A stretch of 62,010 bases of DNA, filler included, from Pirum gemmata (lineage: Eukaryota): assembly GCA_002812295.1 (NCBI GenBank). It is 19 parts of 19 records of this genome, joined end to end, with 100 filler letters (N's around TTAATTAATTAA, not from the genome) between each part and the next. Parts side by side here need not be neighbours in the genome. Positions count along the whole stretch, not along the records: positions 37,648 to 40,408 come from PDIN01004700.1; positions 40,509 to 43,236 come from PDIN01004701.1; positions 43,337 to 50,713 come from PDIN01004702.1; positions 50,814 to 53,423 come from PDIN01004703.1; 15 more parts are not named here. One strand, written 5' to 3'. This document shows positions 38,142 through 51,900 of the stretch, in pieces. The position numbers were made by a program, and so were the translations under genes. Below the pieces are notes generated by a model. That model worked only from the letters and a program-made list of their open reading frames with translations. It searched no databases and had not been told where the DNA came from. Numbering within the stretch: the first letter of the stretch is position 1; every line of letters starts with the position of its first letter.

Positions 38142-38372
38142 TAGACACTTTATGCGATAAAAAGTGATAAAAGTACGAATACTGCCACTTTTGTATTCAG
38201 TTACTATATTTAGCTAATTTTATTGTTATTTTTACATAACATTTTTAAAATTTGCTACTATAAATTGCTAGGCCCATGGTACTATATAAATGTACTCATA
38301 TACTAAATATAGTAACTGAATACAAAAGCCAGTATTCGTACTTTTATCACTTTTTATCGCATAAAGTGTCTA
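38142..38372. mobile_element. Long-TIR (about 70 bp) foldback MITE; related end at about 37038
   Basis: TAGACACTTTATGCGATAAAAAGTGATAAAAGTACGAATACTG… is mirrored at the right end. Confidence 0.8.
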
Positions 38373-39550
38373 TATAATATAATTAATATTATATTTGAAA
38401 TAATAATTGATAAAATAAATATTATATAGTATAATATATATATTATAAAATAACATAAAATTATTATACTAAATATACTATTGTATATCAAAATAATGTA
38501 ATACACTGATAATATTAAAATAATAAGATTATATGCGAATTACCACTACTAATTATAATATTAATATTTATATCAATACTAGTACTACTACTGCTTCTAC
38601 CTCTACTACTTCCTACTACTACTACTACTACTGTATAACTACTACTACGTATACTTACTACTTCCTACTACGTACTACCACCACCATCACGACAACAACG
38701 TTAACTACTACCCCTATCGCGCTACTACCAACACCTAACCCTAACCCTAACCCTAACTCCCATAGCTACCACCATAGCCACCACTATCACTATATAATTA
38801 TATAGCTACTACTAACGTACCGCTAATCATTATCACTAGTACTGCTACCACTACTACCACCACTCCCACTACTAATTATAATCCCACCACCACCACCACC
38901 GGTACCACTCCCAGTACTATAGCAATAGCTACCCCTACTACTACCATAGCAACCACCATCACCACCATCAGATACTACTATAACTATTAAAATATTAAGA
39001 TTGCTATTACTACTTAATTTTTATAAGCTTCGTCACCACCACCGCCACCACCACCTGGTTCCACCACCACCACTACTACTACTACTACAAGCACTATCAC
39101 TGCTATCTGAATACTACTACTACTATTAATGAGAACTGTACTATGAATACTATTAATTAATTAAGTAATTATTATTATTATTATTTTACTCATATTATTA
39201 AAAATGCTCTTATCAAAAACCGCAGAGCAACATATAAAAAATAAACCATTTAAAAAGTAACTTAAGTAACTATACTAAGACTATTCCAAAAAAAGCAAAT
39301 ATTTTACCATTTATGAGTTACAATTTACCTAATTGAGAAGCCATAAATGGCTGCGGGTTGCGGAATTACTCTAGCGGAATTACTCCGAATTAGTGCCAAT
39401 TTTTAAAAGGGATCATTTACTTATAGGACTCTTATTATCTTATATAGGTGTCACAGTGTGTCACCTATTTTGGGCATAAATTGTGATCTTCCTGTTGTTA
39501 GGCGAGTCCAGTTAGTCAGTCCTTTAATAGGCAGCCTTAGGCAGGTAGAC

Positions 39551-39816
39551 CCCTAACCCTAACCCTAACCCTAACCCTACCCCTACCCCTACCCTACCCC
39601 TAACCCTAACCCTAACCCTAACCCTAACCCTAACCCTAACCCTAACCCTAACCCTAACCCTAACCCTAACNNNNNNNNNNNNNNNNNNNNNNNNNNNNNN
39701 NNNNNNNNNNNNNNNNNNNNNNNNNNNNNNNNNNNNNNNNNNNNNNNNNNNNNNNNNNNNNNNNNNNNNNNNNNNNNNNNNNNNNNNNNNNNACCCCAAC
39801 CCAACCCTAACCCTAA
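39551..39816 (-). repeat. Interstitial (CCCTAA)n array (with a gap) fused to a truncated MITE-B
   Basis: Junction CCCTAAC|TGTTTAAGTGTATAATTG versus GGTACTGTTTAAGTGTATAATTG in intact copies. Confidence 0.85.
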
Positions 39817-40508
39817 CTGTTTAAGTGTATAATTGAACTTTTTTATAAAATACAGTATTAAGTATAAAATACCAAATTAATTAAAACCGGCCTAATAATT
39901 TAACCATAATAATAATTTGGTACGTTTATTTCAGTCTTTGAACTGGGCAACGTTAACACTATTGAAAAACATGCGTACGATGGTTATAAATTACTACTTA
40001 TTGTTAGGACTGGTTAGAGGGTCAGGGAAGTTAGGGACTAGCTAGCTAGGGTTAGGGTTAAGGTTAGGGTTGATAGTTTATAGGGGCAAAGACCCCAGCT
40101 TGACTAAGGGTTATAGGGTTATGGTTACCAATTAATACGGTTATTAGCTATGGGATTATAAAATTAGGGTTTTGTATGTTAGGGTTTTAAGGGTTAGCTA
40201 TGGGGTTTTTAAGGTAGGGTTTAGGGTTAGGGTTTAGCTATAGAATATTTAGGGTAAGGGTTATCATAGGGTTTGGGTTAGAGGCTAGGGTAATTAGGGT
40301 TAGAGTTGGAGTTAGGGTTTGGGTTAGACTCTCTAGCTAGCTAGGGTTATCATAGTGGGCATGGGTTAGAGTGGGTTAGGGTTAGGGTTAGGGTTAGGGT
40401 TAGGGTCANNNNNNNNNNNNNNNNNNNNNNNNNNNNNNNNNNNNNNNNNNNNTTAATTAATTAANNNNNNNNNNNNNNNNNNNNNNNNNNNNNNNNNNNN
40501 NNNNNNNN

Positions 40509-43113
40509 AATAATAATAATAACAATAACAGTAATAAGAGTAATAGTATTATTAATAATAGTATTAACAATAGTAACAATAGTAACAGCAATAATAATAA
40601 TATTAATAACAAAATTGGAAATGACATGAATTCTGGTGATAATCAAGGTAATGTTTATTTTATTGTTTATTGTGCTTTTACACTGTAAAACTTGTTTGTT
40701 TTGTGTTGACTATATTTCACTGGTATTTGTCTATTTTTTTTCATTGAATTTGTCTTATGAAATGTTATTAATGTTTATTAATGTTCTCTGTCTTTCTTTT
40801 TTCTAATTCTATTTTATTTTTTTATTTTTTTATTTTTTTTGTTAGATGTAATAGTGAAAACGGAAAGAAATAATGAAAATGCTGCATCTAGCTTGAAAAC
40901 ATCACAGAATAGAAGCACTCAACCAAATAAAGGCATGAAGCAAAAACCTATCCCTTCAAAACCTATTGGTAAAAATACTAAAACTGTGAAGCGCTTAAAC
41001 TCTGCAACTACAGGAGGCAATGCTATTGTCGTTAAAAAACCGCCTAACAAACCTCAGCCGGCCATTAGGCAGAAAAATAAAACCAGCCCCAGTATTGTGA
41101 ATGAATGTAATAATAACGAAACATCTAAAAGGAGAAGTAATATTGTGAGTAAAAAAATCAATGAGTCTATCGTAAAAAGGAGAAGTAGTTTAGCTGTTAG
41201 TGCGAGTGAAGGCTCGCTTCCTAGTGGTAAATGTGTGTCTGGTAATAACGCCATGGATAACAACAATAATAACGATAGCAATGAAATTTTGAGTGATTAT
41301 GATGAAAGTAATGATAACAGTGACTCAAACTGTAATACAACTATTAACAAAAACCCTGGCAGCAATAATGTTAATTGTGGTGACATTCAAGATAACAAAA
41401 AATCGGAAAGACGTGACTCTGTAATGGATAACGAGTACAAGGACGCGAATGAAGAGCTAAGAAATGATTTTCCTATTATAAAAAATGTCTCATCTGATCA
41501 CTTGGGCTGGTTGAATTGTGGTGGACATCAGTATGTTTTATTCAATTTTATCCAGCATTATCCCTATGTCCATAGTCCATTGTCTTTATCTAGAAATTGT
41601 GGCCCACACCAACTATAGTCATAACCATAATCATAACCATAACCATAACCATAACCATAACCATAACCATCATCACAACCATAACCATAACCGTTACCGT
41701 AACCATAACCCTAATCCTAACCCTAATCCTAACCCTAATCCTAACCCTAACCCTAACCCTAACCCTAACCCCAACCCTAACCCTATATCAGTTGTAACTC
41801 TAAAATTAAAGTCTATTAAACCAATTCTATAAATCCAAATCCAAATTCAACTTTAAACCTGATTTTAAAATTGATAACCATAAATGTATCTTTTTTTTTT
41901 TTTTTATCTATAGGATGTTGTTGGCTTACATCACTCCTAATACCAATAACATTAATTTTTTTCAATTTTGATAACGTTAATTAAATAGTTTAAAATTTAC
42001 TTCTTTGTTTGTTTGTTTGTTTAGGATTCAATGCATTCTTGACACTCCGGTGTCGATTTCCCAAAGAATTGAAGATGGACCCTTTGTTTACATGAATAAA
42101 CGTATGTAGTTTTAATTGGTATAATTGTGAGTTAGTGTTATAATTTTTTTTCAGAGTAATATAATTTTCTTGAGGCATTTTTAATTTAAAAGAGTTTAGT
42201 GTAGAAACATTTTTGTTATGCAAGTGTGAAAAGAGTTCTTTTTGTGATTTTTATTTTCTGTATATATATATTGGTAAATTATGGGTGGTGAGGGCACAAT
42301 GTTAGTATCTTATTATTATTATTATTATTAATATTCTTATTATTATTATTATTCTCATAAAAATAGGACAATTTTATACAATGCGGTTGATTCCAAATTC
42401 CAAGAAGAAGTTTAGCTTTACTAATGATTTGAATAAAAGTAAAAATTCTGAAACTCGTGAAACTGGTATAAATGTTATTAAAAATAACATAGTTTGCTCT
42501 ACTAATACTGATTCAGACAATCAAAACAATAACAAGCCTGTAAAAGAGAAAGAAAATATTGAGCTAAGTGTCACTTGTAAACAAATGGTAACTGGTGATG
42601 AGAAAATTAAAGACATTGAAAGTAAAAATGATACTAAGAAGGAAAGTGAAGGGGTATTGATAAAGGATACAGAGAAAGTTGAGGCTGAGAATTTCAACAA
42701 TGACGATAAGACTGATACCCAAAAGAAAAACGCTGTGGAAAAACTCAATGATAATAAAGATAGTGATAGTAATAATAAAGAGGTGGAGAAAAAAACTGAG
42801 GGGTGTGGGGAAAAGGACAATTCGAGAGAAGTAATTGATAAGAAAAAAGTGTTATTGGGTAATGATGTCGTTGAACTTAAAGAAACTTATCAGACTAATG
42901 TAGATATAAACTGCAATAGCTTTTTTAGTAACGATGAGGGTGGTTTTAGCTACAAAAGAAACTCTGCTGAAAATGGCAGTAGTCAGCTTTCTAAAAATAA
43001 AATCTACCGAGTTAGTATTTTCTTAATGTTTGATGGTGGCAGTGAACAGATGGATTATTGGAATTTTTGGAGAAGGCAGCAGCCTAATATAAACCAAAGG
43101 GTTTTAGAAATAG
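40509..43113 (+). CDS. grh: Grainyhead-like CP2-domain transcription factor, partial. Exons: <40509-40647, 40846-41530, 42025-42101, 42367-43113>
   Basis: GT-AG exons with matching phases give IQCILDTPVSISQRIEDGPFVYMNKRQFYTMRL and RVSIFLMFDGGSEQMDYWNFWRRQQPNINQRVLEI. These match the Grainyhead motifs (…EGPMTYLNKGQFYAITL and …YWKYWHSRQHTAKQRVLDI) better than LSF (NQGQSYEI). Confidence 0.85.
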
Positions 43114-43204
43114 GTATTTATTTTTCTCAACCTTTTTTTGTATTTTCGTTTGTTGTTGTTGTTGTTGTTGCTGTTGTGCTATCGTTGTTGTTGTTGTGCT
43201 ATCG

Positions 43205-43236
<32 letters not shown>

Positions 43237-43630
43237 NNNNNNNNNNNNNNNNNNNNNNNNNNNNNNNNNNNNNNNNNNNNTTAATTAATTAANNNNNNNN
43301 NNNNNNNNNNNNNNNNNNNNNNNNNNNNNNNNNNNNCCTCTGAGGAATAGAATTGAAGGAGTTTTTTCATTCTTTTTTTTTTAGCCTTTTTGTGAGGTTT
43401 TTGGCGCGAAAAACACACGTTTTACTTGATTACTTGATTACTTTATTTTTTATTTTTATTTTATTTTTATTTTATTTTTATTTTATTTTTATTTTATTTT
43501 TATTTTATTTTTATTTTATTATTATTATTCTTGATTTATTTGATTTACTTGATTTACTTGATTGGCTTGATTTATTTGATTTATTTTCCCATGGCTTGAT
43601 TTACTTTATTTTTATTTTTTATTTTACCAG

Positions 43631-44784
43631 TTGTAGTTTGGTTTGTGTTAGAAGTATCTGCTGCTAACCCAGAAGAAAAAGAAAAGTTTATTAATTACAA
43701 TGGGCAAAAAATTAAACTTGGTGTTTTGCTAATGGCGGCTAAAACTTCACAGGAAACTCTTAGGCCAATTCGGAAGGACGAGCTATTTAAAAGAAGGATT
43801 ATCAACCTAAAACTACACGAAGCTTCCGACAGCGAGTTGGTAAAGCATCTCATTGGCCAACTTAGTAGTAATCATGTTAAATATTCACTTTCTGATATTG
43901 TAGCTGACCCTGAGTGTATGCAATATCTTTGTGGGGTAAGTCATTATTTATTTGTTTATTTTATGTTCATGTTTGTTTATGTTTATGTTTATGTTTATGT
44001 TTATGTTTATGTTTATGTATAATGTTTATGTTTATGTTTATGTTTATGTTTATGTTTATGTTTATGTTTATGTTTATGTTTATGTTCATGTTTATGTTTA
44101 TGTTTATGTTTATGTTTATGTTTATGTTAATGTTTATGTTTATGTTTACGTTTATTTATTAATAACATCTTTATTTTTGTTATTATATAATATATATATG
44201 GAACCAAATGTGGTGGGGAAAGGTATAATGCTTGCTGTCTTTGCGATTGTTGTTTTAAGATAACTTGTCGGCCAACAGATCCGTTAATTCAAAAGCTATT
44301 TTACAACGGATATAAAAAAATAACGGGGTTTAAAATTTCACTTTGTTGCGCTTCCACACGCAGATGGATTTACGAAATAAAAGTAGTCCGATCACCGATA
44401 GGTGATAATGAAGTTTGGCAGCAAAGCCGTATGAGAGAAAAACTTCATAAATTAAACGCAAAGTATGGATATGGATTGTGTATGTTAGGAGATAAAGGAT
44501 ACAATTGTAAACAGAATAAATGTACAATTTATCCTTTCAAAAAAGACCAAATTATTCGCGAATGCAATAAAATAAAAGATAAGGCTATGAGGAAAGCTGT
44601 TAAGGAGGGAATGACGTGTTACAACATTCAAATTGCGATGGTTAGAGTATTGAATGAGAACATCATAGGGGATATGTGTCGATGGGCAGGTTTCCGTGGA
44701 AAATCAATAACTACTGATGTTGAAGGGGATGAACAAATACATGAAATTGAACTATGCGTTATTTTGCAAAATTTCCTTTATTAA
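43631..44784 (+). mobile_element. Harbinger/PIF/ISL2EU-type DDE transposase (DDE_Tnp_4-like) split by an intron-like (GTTTAT)n tract. Upstream exon 43631-43935, catalytic segment about 44200-44784
   Basis: One frame from 44200 reads CLCDCCFKITCRPTDPLIQKLFYNGYKK…GDNEVW…MLGDKGY…YPFKK…YNIQIAMVRVLNENIIGDMCRW…LQNF. A GTAAGT donor lies at 43936. Confidence 0.8.
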
Positions 44785-44828
44785 TATGAACATCGTGGAT
44801 TGGCATAATAATAATAATAAGTTATAAT

Positions 44829-44872
<44 letters not shown>

Positions 44873-46064
44873 TAATAATAANNNNNNNNNNNNNNNNNNN
44901 NNNNNNNNNNNNNNNNNNNNNNNNNNNNNNNNNNNNNNNNNNNNNNNNNNNNNNNNNNNNNNNNNNNNNNNNNNNNNNNNNNNAATATAATATTATAATA
45001 AAATTTAATAATTATTATAAATTTATAATATTATAATAATATATCAAATCATCTATCTATCTATAAATAAAAATAATAGTCTAGACTATAAAAATTAATA
45101 TTATCATATTTAGTATAATTTTATCATAATTATATTAAACGAAAAAAACGATAATATTGATTAATAATTAATTATTAATATAAAAAAGACTAGAATAATA
45201 TTATATTATATATCGGAGGTACTTAACTGAGAACGATGTGCGAAAACTACATAAATAACATTATGATTTTGTAGTTTGTGTACATGCCATAATCATTCTT
45301 CTTCGTCTTACTAATATTGATATTATTATTATAACTGGATGATTATTACTGTACATGTACATATGCATGTTGTGTTGCTGTTTTAATTGTTATTCTGTTT
45401 ATTTTTATTTTATTTTTAATAATATTGCTCTTATTAGTAATTGTTGTGGATTAGGATATCGATGAGGTTTGACTATGGTTTACTTTAGAATTTTTGTACA
45501 AATAAAGCTATTAGTTAATTTTATTTTATTATTAATTTTCTTTTTATTAAATATCGATATTAAATTTTGATACGATAATTATTATCGTTTATAAAAGAAT
45601 TATATAAGAATAAAATATCCAATATTGCATAAAAATTAATACTATATATATGTATGAATTTGTATCATGTAGACGTAATTCCTGATGCTTTGTGTATACG
45701 TACTTTTGTGTTCAAAAGCAATGTTGAAATCGAGTTTTAGAATGATTATAATTTTTATATTGTATTGTAGTATATTTTTAATAATTAAATTATACTATAT
45801 CACCTTATATTATAGTACATTGCATTATAATATTTATTATTATATTACATTATACTACACTGTCATATTATTATTTTTTATTATTATTTTTTATTATTGT
45901 TATTATTTTATTACCAGTAATATTATTATTATTATTTTATTATTATACACTCTCTCCTTCACTCAGTCACAGTCTTTGTGGGAGAAAGGTGCCGATAGAC
46001 TATCTGCTATTAGTTAGAGTCTATATTAATTAAACTATTTAACGCCTGTATTTTACACCCATTC

Positions 46065-46113
<49 letters not shown>

Positions 46114-48218
46114 TACATACGACATCCAGCCAGCCATGATTAGGCCATGATATCCTGCCATGATTATCATACTTCATACTCTAGTTAGCAGGATAATATA
46201 TCAAAGAGCAGTATCAGAGTGATATCTACTATGATACTATATTATCATATTGATATCTATAATCTACTACTCACTAAGTACTCACTAGTAGCTATCTAGT
46301 ATTGATATCATAATATAATATTATCATAGCTAGCTATCATAAGTCTATCATAGTAGATATCAAATCGTAGTATGATATTGATAGTAGCGGCGGCAGCGCC
46401 GGCAGTTTCCGTGGCTGCAGCTGTAAATTGTCGAGAGTGTAATCCGCATTCCGCACTCTTAATTGAGTCTTAAAATTGAGTCTAAAAAAGTTTATTTTTT
46501 GGAGGGGCCGGACAGAGGAGAGATCATATCGATATTATTATCTCATAAAAACCACTCACCTTGTTAGATCCGGTCAATTTTTTTTAAAAAATAAAATCTA
46601 AAATTATAAACTATTGGATAAAAAACTTGACTCTCTGTAGACTTTATATTATTCGCTTATAAATTGCCTTTGGGGCAAATTGGGGGGGTAGACCGGGTAG
46701 ACCGGACTAGACGGTCTAAACCCCCCCCCCTCCGAGGACCCCGTCTAGAGTCTAGGACTCTAGGTAGCTCTAGCTACTCTAGCTAGCTCTAGGGTTTCAG
46801 GTATGATAATAATATTATTATGTCGTAGGTATGATGGGTATCATGATAGGTTATAGGGCAATGGACGCATCGATGCGAATTCATTTACGTTTTCATCGTT
46901 TCATCTATTTATTTCCTAGCTATATATATTTATTTCTATGATATTTCTAGAGTATTTCTACTAGATATTTCTATCATAATTTCTATCTATGATATCTGTT
47001 ACGATATGACCTTCAGGGGTCACCTAGCTAGACACAGTCTATGTATGATCTAAGGATTCCTATAGACACCTCCTAGCTAGTAGCTATGATATCGATAGCT
47101 AGTATCGTCTATTTCATTACAGTTGTCCTTTCTATCTTTAATTTGGTACCGTTCAATTGTATAATTGAACTTTTTTATAAATATAAAATTACTATATACA
47201 ATTTCAAATTAATTAAAACATGACCAATTAATTATAATTTGGTAAGCTTATTTCGCCACTTGTTCGTTTTTATTTATTATTTATATTGATATAAGCCATA
47301 CTAAGCATCATAAATATTAAAATACAAACGTATACGGCCCTGGGTCTGGACTCTGCAGGGTGTATGATCGTGTTAAAAATATTCATCTATCATATTTAAT
47401 ATGTAATATCAGTGTAATAATATCATAGTCGGTGAACTTTAGTGATACGATATTTTTTTTAAAAAAAAATCAGTGTTTTTAAAAAATGTAAAAAAAAAAA
47501 CACCTGAATGTTTATCAATATTTTTTTGGACTAACTACCGTATGGAGGAGAGATCTATCGATATTATTATCATTGATATAATGATATTCCCATAGCCACT
47601 CATTCACCTTGCCTTCTCTTTTTTGAACTGTTTTTTGAGTGTTTTTACAGTGTTTTTACTGTGTTTTTTGTAATTTGTACATAATACATTATGTACATAT
47701 TTTTCCTTTTTTTTTTTCTTGGAGACTTTTTTTTTTTTGAGACTTTTTTCCGAGACTTTTTGTGCAGTCTAAAGATTATGGTGTGGTCGCTTTCATGAAG
47801 TTTCATTGGTCCAGCTGTATTTGTATAGAAATTAGACAACATTATGTGATAGCTTCGTTGTTTTTNTTTATTTTGTTACTCTGAATATTTATTTGGAGGG
47901 TTATAATATTTAAATTGACATTTTTTAAATCAATATATAGAAATAAAATATACCAAATTAAATTAAATGGATTTATGTTATATTAATTTGGTACTACTTA
48001 TTGTATATATTATCATGATGACAAAACAACTGAAAAGCACTATAAAATATAATAATAATATATAATTATATAATTAGGCCACGTAATAAAATATTTTTTA
48101 TAGTTTTAAATAAAACAATATTAATTAATAACAATAAAAAATAGAATTTTGTTCAGTTTATTAATTATTGGTAATATCAAAATACTATTATAAAATTTCA
48201 AATTTGTGTACATAAACT

Positions 48219-48829
48219 TTAATTTGCTTGTTCGTATGAGTCTAACTCTAAACTATTCACTCTGATGACATTATCGACGTCACTGTAGCGAGGAGGAGCA
48301 TCATCATATATATTTATGATATTGTTAACGTCGCTGCTTCCGTTACTAACGGAAAGAACACTATTGTCTTTCGAGAAAGAATATACAGGCAACTTCTCAT
48401 TGGGATTCCGGCTAAAACCATATAACCTTTTATTATTTTGTTTTTTCAAAAATGTGTAATAATCAGTATTCCTATAACCAATTTCATTATCACATTGTTT
48501 CAGTTTCTTTTTGGTTGTGTACGTTTTTCTTATTTCAAAAGCTACTACAGGGAAAGCTACGACCATTATTGGTAAAACTAGTATTCCCAATACTGTTGCC
48601 CCAGTCCATACTGCAACTGATTGTTTATGTGTGTTATATTTCTCTTTCAACATTTTACGTCTTGTTTGCAATTCGTCATCATTTAAATGCGTGTTAACTG
48701 TTTGTTTGGGAATCCTGCTTCTATCTGCAGATGGTATCCTTGATTTATCGATACTACTACTACTACTACTACTATTACTACTACTAACAGCAATAACACT
48801 ATTGCTATTACTATTGTTATTGTTATCAA

Positions 48830-48876
<47 letters not shown>
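48219..48876 (-). CDS. Hypothetical membrane protein, 5'-partial, with a poly-N/S N-terminal part, one hydrophobic segment and a PPRY motif
   Basis: The frame is open from the N gap to TAA and includes VAVWTGATVLGILVLPIMVVAFPVVAF and DAPPRYSDV. Confidence 0.6.
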
Positions 48877-49390
48877 NNNNNNNNNNNNNNNNNNNNNNNN
48901 NNNNCAAGCTACTAGCTAGGTACAGTGGCTAGCTACTAGTCTAGCTAGTAGTAGCGATTCGAGGATTTGAAGTTACTATCGAGTAGGTCTACTATCGTAA
49001 CTTGGCCTCTCGCGAGACCAATCCAAACCAGTACGTGACCCTGAACAAAAACCTTTTTTAGTAATAATTTTTATTATTACCAAATAGACTGTTAGTTATC
49101 TACCAGTAGATTGTAAAAAGAGCGCAAAAAGTCAAAAGTCCTCGTCTCTTACGGAATACGGTATCAGAGTCTAGCTAGAAACCAAAAAAATAAAATAAAA
49201 AAAATAAAAAAAAAAAAGTAAAATAGACGTCTAATATAAAATTTCTAATATAAAATTTCTCCAACATAATAATGTATTACTGTAGCTTGTAAGAGTCTTG
49301 TAAGGTCCATAAAAAGAAAAGCTTTTGTTGTATTTTATTAGTGTATTTTTATAAATGTCAATAATAATAAATTTTTAATTACTATCATAA

Positions 49391-49590
49391 TATCGTCTAT
49401 TTCATTACAGTTGTCTCCTCACTCTATAATTTGGTACTGTTTAAGTGTATAATTGAACTTGTTTATAAAATAAAATATTACGTATAAAATACCAAATTAA
49501 TTAAAACATGTCTGATAGTTTAGCCATAATAATAATTTGGTATGTTTATTTCAGTTTTTGAACTGGACAACACTATTGAAAAACACGATA
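49391..49590. mobile_element. MITE family B (200 bp; ends TATCGTCTATTTCA…TGAAAAACACGATA). Copies at 49880-50091, about 47103-47250, 39816-39970, 37280-37462, 28550-28715, 23896-24115 and 17767-17923
   Basis: Imperfect TIRs, TA termini, internal inverted ACCAAATTA/TAATTTGGT motifs, and at least eight copies. Confidence 0.85.
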
Positions 49591-51329
49591 ATAGTATAAC
49601 AATAGCGATACGTACTGTGCTGTGTGACCGTGAGACTAGCTAGCTAGGACCGTGAGAAACTGTGAGAATAAAGGAACTGAAAAGGTCTGTATGTAACAAG
49701 TGTATGCGAATAAAAATAAAAATAAAAAATCCTAAACATCTCCTAAAGTGGTTTTTAGTTAACAGCTTTTTTTAACTTTTTGTTTTTTTCTATATATCGT
49801 ATATATGGAACCAGATTTGGGTCTTTATAAGTTTGTTTACTGTTTTTTTTTTATTTATTATTTTTTTTAAAACTATCGATATCGTCTATTTCATTACAGC
49901 AGCAGCTGTCCTCTCAATCTTTAATTTGGCACTGTTTAAGTGTTTAATTGAACTTGTTTATAAAATACAACATTAGGTATAAAATACCAAATTAATTAAA
50001 ACATGTCCGATAGTTTAACCATAATAATAATTGGTGTGTTTATTTCAGTTTTTGAACTGGACAACACTGTTGAAATTTGGAAAACACGATACTATGATAA
50101 TAAATATATATTCAGGCACATATTATTATTATTGTATGGAATGTATCATAATAGTTTATCATAATATTATGAACTATATTATGCATGATTTCCAAATTCC
50201 AATACCTTTCTTGCAATTGAAAATATAATATTTTAAAATAGCATGATTATTTATAGTATAATAATCGACTAGCTACCCTAGCGCGCGGTATTACTGTAGT
50301 CGTCAATCATAATACATGTACAAGTATTGGTAATAGTAATACAACAAATATATTAATTAACATACACTAATATATTTCGAATTTCATCATGCATATTACA
50401 TTTCATTCAACCTATTAAATAATAAAGCTTCCTATCATGCGTACAATATATAGTTTTCCTTTTTATATTAAATTTAATAAAAGTAAACTCTATTATTGAT
50501 ACTAATTAAAATATTAATAATAGTTTTAAAATAATACTTACGTTGACGATAATAATTATTGTTATTGAAATAATAATTAATATGATTATGATTGTGGTTA
50601 TGGTTATGGTTTTTGTTATGGGATTGTGATTGTGATTGTGAATGATCATTATTGATTATTTTTATTAGTAGTAAAGGTCTAGGGTATTATTAATATTATT
50701 AATTATTATTATTNNNNNNNNNNNNNNNNNNNNNNNNNNNNNNNNNNNNNNNNNNNNTTAATTAATTAANNNNNNNNNNNNNNNNNNNNNNNNNNNNNNN
50801 NNNNNNNNNNNNNCTATTACTATTACTATTACTATTACTATTACTATTACTATTACTATTACTATGAGAAATCGTTTTTTAAGGAAACTTTATGGTCAGG
50901 GTTTAAAAATAATTTGACTGGCTCACATTAAAGGTTTAAAAAAAAGACGTCTTATTAAAAAAAAAATGATTTCTACAAAAAAAAAAATAATAATAAATAA
51001 ATACTACTATAGTTGAATAGGGAGAGAAAAGGTATCTGGAGTCAAAGAGTACCAAATTTTGAGAAATCGTCTTTATATGATCCAATTTAATGAAAGTGCT
51101 ACCAAATTTTGAGAAATCGTGTTTTTAAGAAAACTCTATTATTATAAATTACTATTACTACTACTATAACCATTACTATTACTATTACTATTACTATTAC
51201 TATTACTATTACTATTACTATTACTATTAATATTACTATTACTATTACTATTACTATTACTATTACTATGAGAAATCGTTTTTTACTATTAATATGACTA
51301 TGACTATGACTATTGCTATATCAAGAAAA

Positions 51330-51900
51330 AAATTTGAACGAGTACCCATTGGATTTGCTATTGCAAATACAGAGATGTACATATTAGATGAGTTAAAATG
51401 AAACCAGTTTCGGAAGGAGAATTTGGTAATTCGTTATTTAAAGAGCTATTTGTAGAAAAGAACAAAGTTTTAACGAAAGAAAAATTTATTCCTAACCTAT
51501 TTAAACCGGAGAAAACGTTATTGCAGAGGAAGAAATTGAAGAAGAAATTGAAGAAGATATTATTGAATGTCCCCAAATAGCTCGTGGATATCTAAATAAC
51601 GAAGTTTTAACGAAAAAAAAAATTATTCCTAACCTATTTAACCGGAGAAAACATTATTGCAGAGGAAGAAATTGAAGAAGATATTATTGAAGATGACGAA
51701 GATGATGACGAAGAAAAAGAAGATGGTGAAGAGGAAGAAAAAGAAGATGAAGTCATTATCGATAAATTACGTAAGTTAACCAAGCATTCACTTAACAAAT
51801 TTCTGGAAAAGTGTTGAGGTAATCATATTGATGATTTTTGCATTTTACTTAAGGAGTCTGTTACTTTTGAAGAGAATTATAATGAAACGACAGAAGAACA
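51330..51900 (+). pseudogene. Frameshifted acidic ORF remnant with an internal duplication of about 100 bp
   Basis: KPVSEGEFGNSLFKELF… shifts into EEEIEEDIIE…DDDEEKEDGEEEE. The segment 51463-51567 is repeated at 51598-51690. Confidence 0.35.

Noticed and set aside
39551..40408. Telomere-capped nanochromosome (CCCTAA…MITE…TTAGGG)
   Set aside because: Unique sequence continues to the left of the C-strand array, the G-rich side is mostly degenerate, and no gene is enclosed.
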